Source: Myxococcota bacterium
GTDB taxonomy: Bacteria > Myxococcota_A > UBA9160 > UBA4427
Direction: 5' to 3'
Assembly (NCBI GenBank): GCA_965250285.1
Contig: OZ252299.1
Location: forward strand, 2,976,001 to 3,040,000
DNA: 64,000 bases
In this document: piece by piece, positions 30,014 through 39,420 of the stretch
Layout: each line of letters starts with the position of its first letter
How positions within the stretch are numbered: the stretch's first letter is position 1
The notes under the pieces: generated by a model
What the model was told of the DNA's origin: nothing
The model's database searches: none
The model's input: the letters and a program-made list of their open reading frames with translations, nothing else
Program-made: the position numbers and the translations under genes

Positions 30014-31606
30014 GTGACCCAACCCGCCCCGAACCCGCTCTGCACCCACGTCGCGGCCCACGCCGCCGCGCGACCCGACGCCCTCGCCTACGCCGGCGAG
30101 TGGGGTCGCATCTCGTGGCGAGAGCAGCATGCCCTCGTCGAGCGCATCGCGGGCGTCCTGCACGCACTCGGACTCGAGCGGGGCAGCCGGGTCGCCGTGT
30201 TGCTGCCCGATGGGCCCCACGTGCACGCATGCCTCGTCGCCATCGAGCGCGCCGGACTCGTCGCCATGGGGATCGGGCCGCGCGCCGGCGCTCAGGAGAT
30301 CGAGCACCTGCTGCGCCAGAGCAGCGCACGCGTCTGGATCTCGCGAGACGTGCACGCCGATCGCTCGACGGCCTCGTTCATCGCCGAGCTTCGGGGCGAG
30401 GGCGTCGCGCTCGATCACCACGTCGTGATCGCCAGCGAGCCAACGGCGTCGCCCGAGATCTCCGTCGACGGAACGGCGCCGGTCGGCGAGGCGCCCCCCC
30501 CGGCCGAGACCGCGCGTCGCCCCGGAGAGGTGAGCCTGCTGAACTCGACGTCGGGCACGACGGGCATGCCGAAGTGCGTCGTCCACGATCTCGACCGCTG
30601 GCTGGCGTTTCATGCGCTGGCCGTGCCGCGGGGGCGACTCTCGCCGTCAGACGTCTTCATGAGTGTCGTCCCCGCCCCCTTCGGCTTCGGCCTGTGGACG
30701 AGTCACGTCTCACCGACCCTGTTGGGCGTGCCCTGTATCGTGATGGAACGCTTCGACGCGAGTGCGGCGCTCGATCTGATCGAGTCGCATCGGGTCAGCG
30801 TGCTCACCGCCGTCTCAACGCAGTTCATCATGATGATCGGCGCCCTCGACGAGAAGCCGCGCGATCTGTCGAGCTTGCGCGTGTTGTTCACGGGTGGTGA
30901 GGCCGTGCCATACGATCAGGCGGCCGAGTTCGAAGAGCGCACCGGCGCCACCGTGCTGCAGTTCTACGGCTCGAACGAGACCGGTGCGGTCAGCGGCACG
31001 TCGCTCGACGACGACCGCGACCTGCGCTTTCGCACCGCCGGGCGCGTGATCCCCGAGATGCACGTGCGGCTCTTCGACGAAGCAGGCCGCGACGTGACGT
31101 CGACCGGGCGCGGGCAGCCGGGCTGCCGCGGCCCGACGCTCTCGCGTGGCTACGACGGGCCGGGCAGCGACGCCGCCAACGCCGAGCTGATTCGTGAAGA
31201 CGGTTGGTTCCTGCTGGGTGACATCGTCACGCTCGAGGACGACGTACTGACCGTGGTCGGCCGCACGGACGACTTCATCATACGCGGCGGCAAGAACGTC
31301 AGCGGCCCTGCCGTCGAAGCGCAGGTGATGCAGCACCCGAACGTGCGCCTTGCGGCCGCCGTTTCGATGCCCGACCCGGTCTTCGGCGAGAAGGTCTGTG
31401 TGTACGTCGAGCTCGAACCGGACCAGAGCCTCGACCTCGCCGCGTTGACCGGCTTCCTGGCCGACCGCGACGTGTCGAAGGAGTGGTGGCCCGAGCGGCT
31501 CGAGATCGTCGACGCCCTGCCGCGCGGCACCGGCGGCAAGGTCGCCAAGGCTCGGCTGCGAGACGACGTCCGCGCGAAGCTCGACCGCGAAGCCCAGGGC
31601 GGCTGA
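30014..31606 (+). CDS. Class I adenylate-forming enzyme (acyl-CoA ligase)
   Basis: NSTSGTTGMPK, FYGSNE, IIRGGKNVS. Confidence 0.88.
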   Translation: MTQPAPNPLCTHVAAHAAARPDALAYAGEWGRISWREQHALVERIAGVLHALGLERGSRVAVLLPDGPHVHACLVAIERAGLVAMGIGPRAGAQEIEHLLRQSSARVWISRDVHADRSTASFIAELRGEGVALDHHVVIASEPTASPEISVDGTAPVGEAPPPAETARRPGEVSLLNSTSGTTGMPKCVVHDLDRWLAFHALAVPRGRLSPSDVFMSVVPAPFGFGLWTSHVSPTLLGVPCIVMERFDASAALDLIESHRVSVLTAVSTQFIMMIGALDEKPRDLSSLRVLFTGGEAVPYDQAAEFEERTGATVLQFYGSNETGAVSGTSLDDDRDLRFRTAGRVIPEMHVRLFDEAGRDVTSTGRGQPGCRGPTLSRGYDGPGSDAANAELIREDGWFLLGDIVTLEDDVLTVVGRTDDFIIRGGKNVSGPAVEAQVMQHPNVRLAAAVSMPDPVFGEKVCVYVELEPDQSLDLAALTGFLADRDVSKEWWPERLEIVDALPRGTGGKVAKARLRDDVRAKLDREAQGG

Positions 31607-31704
31607 AGCGCGGCACCGCGCGGTTCGCACCCGAGGCTGAGGCGCGGCACCGCGCGGTTCGCACCCGATGGCCGAAAGCGCGGCGCCCTCGCGGTCGGAC
31701 CCGA
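31601..31704. repeat. Tandem 34-bp REP-like repeat (two near-identical units plus one degenerate unit)
   Basis: GGCTGA(A/G)GCGCGGCACCGCGCGGTTCGCACCCGA at 31601 and 31635, degenerate copy near 31670. Confidence 0.85.
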
Positions 31705-31839
31705 AGGCCCCCCCCGCGGGCGATCGCCCAGGCGTCTCCAGATCGTGCATTTCGGCTGCGCTCCTTCAGCCTGGGTTCAGCATCGCCTGCGTACTCTGCA
31801 GACGTTCGACGGGAATCCACCCGTGAAGGAGGGAACGTC

Positions 31840-32628
31840 ATGCGACAGACCCACATCGTCCTGGCCCTGCTGCTGACCCTGACCGTGGCCACCCCGGCCG
31901 TGGCCGGCGTGCGTCGTCCCGTCGACCGCGAGAGCGATCGCGGCCGCGAGCGCCATGAGGCGATGCACGAGCAGGAGTGGTCCGACCACGCGTCCGATCA
32001 TGAGCACGCCTGGGAAGATCACGCCGCCGACCACGAGCATGAACGCGCCGACCGCGACCTCGACTGGGAGCGCCATGCGCGCGAGCACGCGGCCGAACGC
32101 GACGCCCATGCGCGGGACCACGCGCGCGAGCGCCGCCGCGATCGCGTGCGCGACGAGCGTCGCGGCCCGCACCGCAAGTGGGCCGAGGTCGTGCACGTGA
32201 GCCCGGTCTACGACCGGTTCCGCGTCGTCGAGCCGCGGCAGCGTTGCCGAACCGAGACGATCACGCGTGAGCGCGGGCGGCCGCGCGTGGCGGGCACCGT
32301 GTTCGGCGCGACCGCGGGCGGCGCCCTCGGCTATGGCCTCGGTCACGACCGCCGCAGCCGCCGCGCCGGCACCGTGTTCGGCGCGATCCTGGGCGGCGTG
32401 CTCGGCCACGAGATCGGCGACCGCCGTGCGCGACGTCACCGCGCGGTCGAGGTGCGCGAGATTGAGCGCTGTCGCACGGTCGACGAGGTGAGCTGGGAGC
32501 GCCGCGTGGTCGGCTACGACGTCGACTATCGCTACCGGGGTCGGATGTACCGTGCACGCATGGACGATCACCCCGGTCGTCGGGTGCGCGTGGACGTCGA
32601 TGTAAGGCCGCGGGTGCACCGCTTCTAG
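31840..32628 (+). CDS. Glycine-zipper 2TM protein with a His/Asp/Glu-rich N-terminal repeat
   Basis: Signal peptide, GTVFGATAGGALG..GTVFGAILGGVLGHEIG, VGYDVDYRYRG; GAAGGAGG RBS. Confidence 0.85.
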   Translation: MRQTHIVLALLLTLTVATPAVAGVRRPVDRESDRGRERHEAMHEQEWSDHASDHEHAWEDHAADHEHERADRDLDWERHAREHAAERDAHARDHARERRRDRVRDERRGPHRKWAEVVHVSPVYDRFRVVEPRQRCRTETITRERGRPRVAGTVFGATAGGALGYGLGHDRRSRRAGTVFGAILGGVLGHEIGDRRARRHRAVEVREIERCRTVDEVSWERRVVGYDVDYRYRGRMYRARMDDHPGRRVRVDVDVRPRVHRF

Positions 32629-32760
32629 CCGCGCACGTCGGGTAGCATGGAGGCGTCTTCGCCGAGCTCGGCGGGGGCGCCTTCTTCGCACGGCGGCGCG
32701 GCCGGCGACGCCCCGAGTGCCGAGCCGACGATGCGACCCAGACGAGCGAGGAGCGCGGCG

Positions 32761-33114
32761 ATGGTGAAACGTGGGAGCGCAGCGCACCGCGAGGGCCGGG
32801 CCAGCGGGCGACGCTGCGTCGTGATCGCGTCGGTCGCGCTGCTGTTCGCCGCTTCGCTCGGGCCGCTCGCGGCGCGTGCAGACGGCGGCGCCGAGGCGGC
32901 GGCGCGAGAGGCCGCCGCCCGGTACGACGCCCGCGTCCTCGATGTGAAGACCGAGGCCGACCAGTACCGCGTGAAGCTGCTGTTGCCCTCGGGCAAGGTG
33001 AAGATCGTACGCGTGCCCCGCGACGACGGCGCCCGCGATCGCGGGGGGGATCGCGGGCAGACCAACGGGCAGCGCGCCGGACGCCGCTCGGATGCGTTCG
33101 GCAGGAGCCGCTAG
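32761..33114 (+). CDS. PepSY-like exported protein (start uncertain)
   Basis: Hydrophobic leader, ARVLDV..YRVKLLLPSGKVKIVRV; directly before a response regulator. Confidence 0.6.
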   Translation: MVKRGSAAHREGRASGRRCVVIASVALLFAASLGPLAARADGGAEAAAREAAARYDARVLDVKTEADQYRVKLLLPSGKVKIVRVPRDDGARDRGGDRGQTNGQRAGRRSDAFGRSR

Positions 33115-33115
33115 C

Positions 33116-33799
33116 GTGCGCCTGCTGATCGTCGAGGATCAGCGACGACTCCGCGACCAGCTCACGAACGAGCTCAAGCGGAGCGGCTACGCCGTCGACT
33201 TCGCAGAGAACGGCGAGCGTGCGCTCGCGTGCTTTCGCGACCATCCGTACGACCTCGCGATCGTCGACCTCGGCCTGCCGAAGGTCGACGGCCTCACCGT
33301 GATCGAGCAGGTGCGCGGCGATGGCCTCGACATGCCGATCCTGATCCTCACAGCGCGCAGCGACTGGGAAGAGAAGGTGCGCGGCCTCGAAGCGGGGGCC
33401 GACGACTACCTCGTCAAACCCTTCCACATGGAGGAGCTCAAGGCGCGGCTGCAGGCGCTGCTGCGACGCGCCGGGGGGCGTGCCCACTCGCGCCTGAGCT
33501 TCGGCCCGATCGAGGTCGATACCAGCTCGAAGACCGTGTCGGTCGGGGGCGAAGCGGTCGAGCTGACGAGCTACGAGTACAACGCGCTCGAGGTGATGCT
33601 GCAGCGGCCCGGTGCTGTGATCTCGAAGACCGAGTTCGTCGAGCACCTGTACCACCAGGATTTCGATCGCGACAGCAACGTGATCGAGGTCTTCATCGGC
33701 CGACTTCGCAAGAAGCTCGACCCCGACGGCACGCTCCAGCCGATCGCGACGATCCGCGGCCAGGGCTACCGCTTCGAGCTCGAAGAGGCCGAGGGGTGA
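33116..33799 (+). CDS. OmpR/PhoP-family response regulator
   Basis: LLIVED, DLGLP, LILTAR, GADDYLVKPF, SNVIEVFIGRLRKKL. Confidence 0.95.
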   Translation: MRLLIVEDQRRLRDQLTNELKRSGYAVDFAENGERALACFRDHPYDLAIVDLGLPKVDGLTVIEQVRGDGLDMPILILTARSDWEEKVRGLEAGADDYLVKPFHMEELKARLQALLRRAGGRAHSRLSFGPIEVDTSSKTVSVGGEAVELTSYEYNALEVMLQRPGAVISKTEFVEHLYHQDFDRDSNVIEVFIGRLRKKLDPDGTLQPIATIRGQGYRFELEEAEG

Positions 33800-35154
33800 G
33801 GCTGCGTTCGATCAGCGCGCGCCTGGCCTTTGCGGCGGCTTGCGCCCTGCCGGTCTTTCTCGGGCTGACCGGCTTCGCGATCGAGCGCGCGTTCGGCCAG
33901 GCCCTGCGCGAAGCCGAGCGCGACAAGCTGGCCGTGCACGGCTACCTCGTCCTCGGCGCCACCGAGCTCGAGGAACAGACCCTGCGCCTGCCCTCGACGC
34001 TCGCCGAGCCGCGCTTCGGGCAGCTCGGCTCAGGCCTCTACGCCCGGCTGCGCGACGAGGCCGGACGAGACCACTGGGTCTCTCCTTCGGCCGCGCTCCT
34101 CGACCTGCCCGCCGACGTCCCCGACGTCGCGCTGGGCGAGTGCGTGCTCGTCGAAGTCGACATCGATGCCACACCGACCTTCCAGTCGCAGTGCGCGCTC
34201 GAGTGGGAAGACGTCGCCGGCAACGCCCTGCCGTTTCGGCTGACCATCTGGCACGACCAGTCGGCGTACCTCGCCCAGGTCGCCACGTTTCGGTCGAGTC
34301 TCGTGCGATTCATGGTGGGCGTCGGCATCGTTCTGCTGATCGGACAGCTGGCGGTGCTTCGATTCGGCCTGCGCCCCCTCGGCCGCCTCGTCGGCGACCT
34401 CGACGCCATCGAGGCGGGCGAGCAGACGCGACTGACCGGCACGTATCCGAGCGAGGTCGAGGGCGTGACGACGAGCCTCAACCAGCTGCTCGCCGCCGAA
34501 GAGAGTCGTCGGCGCCGCTACCGCGACACCCTGGCCGACCTGGCGCACAGCTTGAAGACCCCGCTCGCGGTCTTGCGGGCCGCGCTCGACACACGGACGC
34601 CCGACGACGCGCTGCGGGCCGAGTGCGACGAGCAGGTCGAGCGCATGGACGAGATCGTGCAGCACCAGCTCGCGCGGGCGAGCGCGACGAGCGGCCCCAT
34701 CCTCGGCAAGCGCTGCGCCGTCGCGCCCGTGGCCGAGCGCCTCGCCGCGGCCATCGGCAAGATCCACACGGACCGTGGCGTGCGCATCGAGGTCGACGCC
34801 GCGCCCGACCTGTCGGTGCGCGCCGACGAGCCCGAGCTGATGGAGGTGCTCGGCAATCTCGTCGACAACGCGTGCAAGCACGGCGGCGGGCACGTCGACG
34901 TGCGTGCGCGCCGCGAGGGCGACCAGGTGACGATCGAGGTGACCGACGAGGGACCGGGTATCCCGCGCGCGCTCCGCGCACCGATCCTCGAGCGGGGCAC
35001 CCGCGCCGACGTATCGAGTCCGGGCCAGGGGATCGGGCTCTCGGTGGCGGCCGACATCGCGCGCGGTCTCGGCGGCCGTCTCGAGGTCGCGGACGGCGCG
35101 GGGCCGGCAGAACGGCCCGGCGCGCGGCTCGTGCTGAGACTGCCCGCTGGCTAG
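33796..35154 (+). CDS. PhoQ-like sensor histidine kinase
   Basis: Two TM segments, DLAHSLKTPL, GNLVDNACK, DEGPG, GQGIGL; GTGA overlap. Confidence 0.92.
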   Translation: MRLRSISARLAFAAACALPVFLGLTGFAIERAFGQALREAERDKLAVHGYLVLGATELEEQTLRLPSTLAEPRFGQLGSGLYARLRDEAGRDHWVSPSAALLDLPADVPDVALGECVLVEVDIDATPTFQSQCALEWEDVAGNALPFRLTIWHDQSAYLAQVATFRSSLVRFMVGVGIVLLIGQLAVLRFGLRPLGRLVGDLDAIEAGEQTRLTGTYPSEVEGVTTSLNQLLAAEESRRRRYRDTLADLAHSLKTPLAVLRAALDTRTPDDALRAECDEQVERMDEIVQHQLARASATSGPILGKRCAVAPVAERLAAAIGKIHTDRGVRIEVDAAPDLSVRADEPELMEVLGNLVDNACKHGGGHVDVRARREGDQVTIEVTDEGPGIPRALRAPILERGTRADVSSPGQGIGLSVAADIARGLGGRLEVADGAGPAERPGARLVLRLPAG

Positions 35155-35312
35155 GGAAGCGCTGCACGGTCCGCGGTGCCACGGCCGGGGCAGGCGGGGG
35201 CACCGTGCTCAGACATCCTCGGCGCGACCTGACTGGGAAGCTCGTATGCTGCGCACGTCGCGCCTGCGAACTGCGCGCGGTGCCCCCGCCTGCCCCGGCC
35301 TCGGGACGCTTC
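35153..35312. repeat. 160-bp palindromic dispersed element, copy 2 (inverted relative to copy 1)
   Basis: Perfect 23-bp inverted arms at 35183-35205 and 35278-35300. Confidence 0.92.
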
Positions 35313-35450
35313 GGTACTGCGCGTGGCACGCGCTTGCGGTGGTATCGGTTAGAGTGGCATCGCGTCATCGAGTGCACGACCTGGAGCCGCTCTGGTGTGC
35401 GTGGGGCGAGATCGGCAGAGCCTCGCCAGCAGACGAAGGCCGGCGTGCAC

Positions 35451-36257
35451 TCAGCCGAGCATCGGCCAGCAGGTGCGGGGCGCTTGCGTGAAGCACTGCT
35501 CGCGTTCGCTCGACGTGAGCGTCGCGAAGCTCTCGCGGGCGAGCTGAACCAGCTCGGCGTACGACCGGTCGTGCGTCTGGCTGAAGTCCGAGCCCCACAT
35601 CACCCGCGCCGCGCCGAAGCGCGAGACCAGCCGCGACACGAACGCCGAAGCCGCATCGCCGGCCGACTCGAGCACCACCGACGAGACCTTGCAGAAGAGG
35701 TTCGGCTCGTCGGCCAACGCGAAGAGCGGCTCGGGGTCGGCGAAGTTCGGAAACGCGCAGTGGTCGAGCGACATTCGGATCTCGGGAAACCTGCGCAGCA
35801 CGTCGCGCAGCTCTGCGAGTTGATGCCCGAAGATCGTCACGATGACGTGCGCGCCGAGGTGCGCCGCTTCTTCGAAGAGCGGCGCCGTCGTCGGCGCCAC
35901 CAGCCATGAGGGTCCGTCGCGCGTCAGCGCGAAGAGCCGGACCCCATGCATCCCGCGTTCGGTGATCCAGTAGCGCAGCGTCTCGGCGGCCCGCGGCGCT
36001 TCGGCGTCGATGCAACACGCGCTCGCAAAGCGCCCGGGCTCGGCCGCCGCAGCGTCGGCCGCGTAGTCGTTGTCGTACGAGTAGGCGCCCACCGCCTGCA
36101 CGAGGACCGCGCGCTCGACCCCGGCAGCGCCCATGTACACGGCCAACTCTTCGGCCGTGTGGGGTGCTTCGAGGTACCAGGGCCCCGACATCGGCCTCGG
36201 GTTCAGCGGGTAGCGATCGTGGTCGGCGCCAACGACGTGTGTGTGGGTGTCGATCAC
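35451..36257 (-). CDS. Amidohydrolase family protein
   Basis: IDTHTH, LDHC, FGAARVMWGSDF. Confidence 0.88.
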   Translation of the reverse strand: MIDTHTHVVGADHDRYPLNPRPMSGPWYLEAPHTAEELAVYMGAAGVERAVLVQAVGAYSYDNDYAADAAAAEPGRFASACCIDAEAPRAAETLRYWITERGMHGVRLFALTRDGPSWLVAPTTAPLFEEAAHLGAHVIVTIFGHQLAELRDVLRRFPEIRMSLDHCAFPNFADPEPLFALADEPNLFCKVSSVVLESAGDAASAFVSRLVSRFGAARVMWGSDFSQTHDRSYAELVQLARESFATLTSSEREQCFTQAPRTCWPMLG

Positions 36258-36267
36258 GGAGGCCTCG

Positions 36268-36663
36268 CTAGTCGGTCGACATTGAGGCCTCGCCTCGGCG
36301 AATCGTGAGGAACTCCATGCCTTCGGGGCCGCAGGTGAAGCCGTATCGAAAGCCGGCCTCGATCACGATCGCGTCATTCGGGCCGAGCCGCCCCACCCCG
36401 TCATCGAACTCGCAGCCGCCCTTCATCACCACCATCAGCTCGTCGTGATCGTGGTGATGCGGAGGCACGCGAAAGCCGGCGGTCAGCACCGACCGGTTGA
36501 GAAAGAAGCCGCCTTCTCCGGTAGCGAGTCGCTTTCGGCGCGCACCCGTCTTCTTCGCCTGGTCGACCAGCGATCGGGGCGGCTCGGTTCCGGGGCGGGC
36601 GGTCCGAAGCACGTCGTCCCACTCGATCTGCTCGTAGATGAACAGCGTCGGATCGCCCGGCAT
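36268..36663 (-). CDS. Cupin domain protein
   Basis: VPPHHHDHDELMVVMKG..YGFTCGPEGMEF. Confidence 0.8.
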   Translation of the reverse strand: MPGDPTLFIYEQIEWDDVLRTARPGTEPPRSLVDQAKKTGARRKRLATGEGGFFLNRSVLTAGFRVPPHHHDHDELMVVMKGGCEFDDGVGRLGPNDAIVIEAGFRYGFTCGPEGMEFLTIRRGEASMSTD

Positions 36664-37175
36664 CACGCCCTCCCCCGCGCGAGCGCCGCTTCGGCGTCGC
36701 GAGCCAGCTTCTCGACCTCGACGAGCCCGGCCTCGATCTCCGTCGCGTCGAGGCGCGGGACCAGCGCGGCGCCCCCGGCGTGCTCGAGCATCGGCGCGAG
36801 GCGCTCGCGTATCTGGGCGAGCGCCCAGGGCAGCATGGGGCCGTGGGCAATTCGATCGAAGTCGATGATGCGCTGCCGTTCGCCTCCGCGATCGATGTAG
36901 TGATAGTGCGGCTCGTGCTCGAAGAGATCGAAGCGCAGGTACTCGTGACCGTCTTCGACGCCCTCGACGTGCAGCGATACGCCGTTGTCCTGCACAGCAT
37001 CGCCCCCGAGCGCAGCCTGCACCTCCTCCATGGCCTCCCCCTCGTAGTTGGCCTCGAGCTCGGCCTCGTCGAGCAGGCGGTATTCGACGCCGATGCGAAT
37101 CACGCCCGCATCGACGTAGGTCGTGTGCTCGGGATCCGGCGGAATCGGCGGCACGGTGTAGACAGTCCCGGTCAT
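36663..37175 (-). CDS. Conserved-looking hypothetical protein
   Basis: GAGGAGG RBS, coupled overlaps at both ends; GVSLHV..EYLRFD.F..EPHYHY motif. Confidence 0.75.
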   Translation of the reverse strand: MTGTVYTVPPIPPDPEHTTYVDAGVIRIGVEYRLLDEAELEANYEGEAMEEVQAALGGDAVQDNGVSLHVEGVEDGHEYLRFDLFEHEPHYHYIDRGGERQRIIDFDRIAHGPMLPWALAQIRERLAPMLEHAGGAALVPRLDATEIEAGLVEVEKLARDAEAALARGRA

Positions 37176-38041
37176 GCGGTTTCCTCCTCGTCGAGCCGTG
37201 CGAAGATGCGGCGCGCGGTCCCCGAGAGCAGCGCATCGCGCGCGGCGGCGGGCAGCTCGATTTCGTCGAGCCTCGCAAGCGCGTGCCGATGGCCGACCAC
37301 GGGGAAGCTCGTCCCGAGCATCACCCGGCCCTGCCCTTCGCCCTCGATGAATCGCACCAAGTCGTCCGTCCAACGATGTGGTGGCCACGCGCCCGTGCCG
37401 AGCACGACGTTGCCGTGCCGTCGCGTCATCTCGATCGTCTCCTCGACCCAGGGCCAGCCCGTGTGCGAGAGGACGAATGGAACGCTTTCGTACGCCTTCG
37501 CGGGCGCTTCGATGCCATTCGGATGCCCGGGCTCGCTCGGCTCGCGTCCGCCCGAGGCGCCTGCCTGCATCACGACGGGCACGCCGCGATCGGCGGCCAG
37601 CGTGTAGAACGGCGCGTAGTCGGGATGGTCGAAGCGGCGACTCCAGCTGTGGGTGTGGATGTGGAGGCCGACGAACGCCGGCTCGGCCAGCGCCTCGGCT
37701 GCCTGGCGCAACCCGGCGTCGCCGCTCGTCGGATCGAGCGTGAAGAGCCCGGCGAAACGACCGGGGTAGCGCTGCGCCCACGCGACGATGTCGGCCGGAC
37801 GCGTCGTGAACAGCGCGTAGTCGGTGGGGTGCTCGACCGAAGGGGCGTCACACGATGGCAGTACCAGCGTGCGAATGCCCAGCTCGTCCATGCGCGCGAC
37901 CATGGTCTCGACGGTGGCGAACGAGTCGTCGTCGCCGCGTCGGATCTTGATCGACGCGTCCTGGGCAGCGATCGCGTCATCCCACCGGGCGAGGCGGTCT
38001 GGCGTGAAGGCATTGCACCAGTAGTCGATCCAGCCGCTCAC
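37172..38041 (-). CDS. Amidohydrolase family protein with an atypical metal-binding motif
   Basis: IDYWCN, LSHTGWPW, RVMLGTSFP. Confidence 0.82.
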   Translation of the reverse strand: MSGWIDYWCNAFTPDRLARWDDAIAAQDASIKIRRGDDDSFATVETMVARMDELGIRTLVLPSCDAPSVEHPTDYALFTTRPADIVAWAQRYPGRFAGLFTLDPTSGDAGLRQAAEALAEPAFVGLHIHTHSWSRRFDHPDYAPFYTLAADRGVPVVMQAGASGGREPSEPGHPNGIEAPAKAYESVPFVLSHTGWPWVEETIEMTRRHGNVVLGTGAWPPHRWTDDLVRFIEGEGQGRVMLGTSFPVVGHRHALARLDEIELPAAARDALLSGTARRIFARLDEEETA

Positions 38042-39420
38042 GATCGCTCGTCCCGAAATCGCTTGGGCTTCGGCGACGTGTGCAGCTCGGTCCACGCATC
38101 GAGCGCGCCCGGCTTCGCGACCTCGACCGAGATCCGAACGCCCAAGCGCTCCTTGAGTCGGGCCTCCGTGCTCTTCGCGATCTCGGGCCAGCTCGACTCG
38201 GCGCTGCGGGTGACGACGTGCACCGTCATTTCGTCGCGGTGGCCGCTGCGCGTCGCGCGCACGAAGTAGTCGGGCTCGAGGCGCGGATCGTCGAGGGCGA
38301 CCGCCCCCACGGCTTCGGGCCAGACGTTGACCCCGCGCAACTTCACCATGTTGTCGCCGCGCCCCGCAAAGGGGCCCATGCGACGCAGCCAGCTGCCACA
38401 CGCGCACTGCTCGCGCGGGTAGAGCACCGAGAGATCCTGGATGTCGTAGCGGAACTGCGGGCTCCCGGTCTTGTAGATCTCGGTGATGCAGATCGAGCCG
38501 GGCTCGCCATCGGGCAGCGGCTCGCCCGTCTCGGGGTCGACGACCTGCACGACGAACGCGTCTTCGAAGATGTGGAGCCCCTGGCGCTCGGGGCACTCCA
38601 CCGACACCCACTGCACCTCGTGAAAGCCGTAGGATTGATAGTTCGGGGCGCCCCAGGTCGCCTCGAGCTTCTCGCGGTCACCGATATTCGGCAGGGCGCG
38701 AATGTTGAAGTCGCTCTTCGGGTCGAGCCCCATCTCGCGAGCGACGTCAGCGAGGTGCAGCAGGTAGTCGCCCGTCGTCAGGATCGCCGTCGCCTGGTAC
38801 TGATGGGCCAGCTCGACCTGTCGCCGGCTGCTGGTGACCGTGCCGGTGCCGGTCGTCAGTACGACGCAGTTGAGCCACTTGTGGAGCGCTTCGTCGAACG
38901 CGAACGCGCCGTTGTGCGTCGAGTACGCCCAGGCGTTCATGACGACGTCGCCCGGGCGTACGCCCTGCAGATAGAGCGCGCGGGCCATGAGAATCGCGCC
39001 GGCCTCTCGATCCCACTGCGTATAGAGAGTCGGCCGCGGTGCACCGGTCGTGGCCCCGGACATGAAGATGCGGACCGGCTCTTCGAGCACGCCGTCGAGC
39101 GAAGCGCCCTGATAGTCGCCGAGCGGCGGATGCGCCTCGATGCTCTTCCGGATGTCATCGACGCGGTAGGACGGAAACCGCGACAGATCATCGAGTGACC
39201 TGAGATCATTCGGCTCGACACCCGCCGCATCGAAGCGTCGGCGAAAGAAGGGCACTTCGTACGCCCGCTTTGCCCGGTTCTGCAGGCGTTCGAGCTGCCG
39301 CCGCTCGATCTCGTCGGGCTCGGCGAGCCAATCGCCTTCGAAGTACTCGGGCGGCGGCGCATGCGCCCGCGCGAGCGCCTCGTAGTCAACGACCTCGAAA
39401 GGCCTGCGAAAAGTGCTCAC
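38038..39420 (-). CDS. Phenylacetate-CoA ligase (PaaK)-family protein
   Basis: SGATTGAP, YGFHE, GLHIFED, GRGDNMVKLRGVNVWP. Confidence 0.85.
   Translation of the reverse strand: MSTFRRPFEVVDYEALARAHAPPPEYFEGDWLAEPDEIERRQLERLQNRAKRAYEVPFFRRRFDAAGVEPNDLRSLDDLSRFPSYRVDDIRKSIEAHPPLGDYQGASLDGVLEEPVRIFMSGATTGAPRPTLYTQWDREAGAILMARALYLQGVRPGDVVMNAWAYSTHNGAFAFDEALHKWLNCVVLTTGTGTVTSSRRQVELAHQYQATAILTTGDYLLHLADVAREMGLDPKSDFNIRALPNIGDREKLEATWGAPNYQSYGFHEVQWVSVECPERQGLHIFEDAFVVQVVDPETGEPLPDGEPGSICITEIYKTGSPQFRYDIQDLSVLYPREQCACGSWLRRMGPFAGRGDNMVKLRGVNVWPEAVGAVALDDPRLEPDYFVRATRSGHRDEMTVHVVTRSAESSWPEIAKSTEARLKERLGVRISVEVAKPGALDAWTELHTSPKPKRFRDERS

Noticed and set aside
31601..31704. Possible mini-CRISPR array
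   Set aside because: Units are directly adjacent with no unique spacers, and no cas genes are present
22978..35312. The two inverted 160-bp copies as ends of a 12-kb composite transposon
   Set aside because: No transposase or target-site duplication, and the enclosed genes belong with the steroid cluster outside; cannot be fully excluded as an inversion substrate
35324..35337. TGGCACGCGCTTGC as a sigma-54 promoter
   Set aside because: Spacing is GG-N9-GC, one base short, and it points into a convergent gene end
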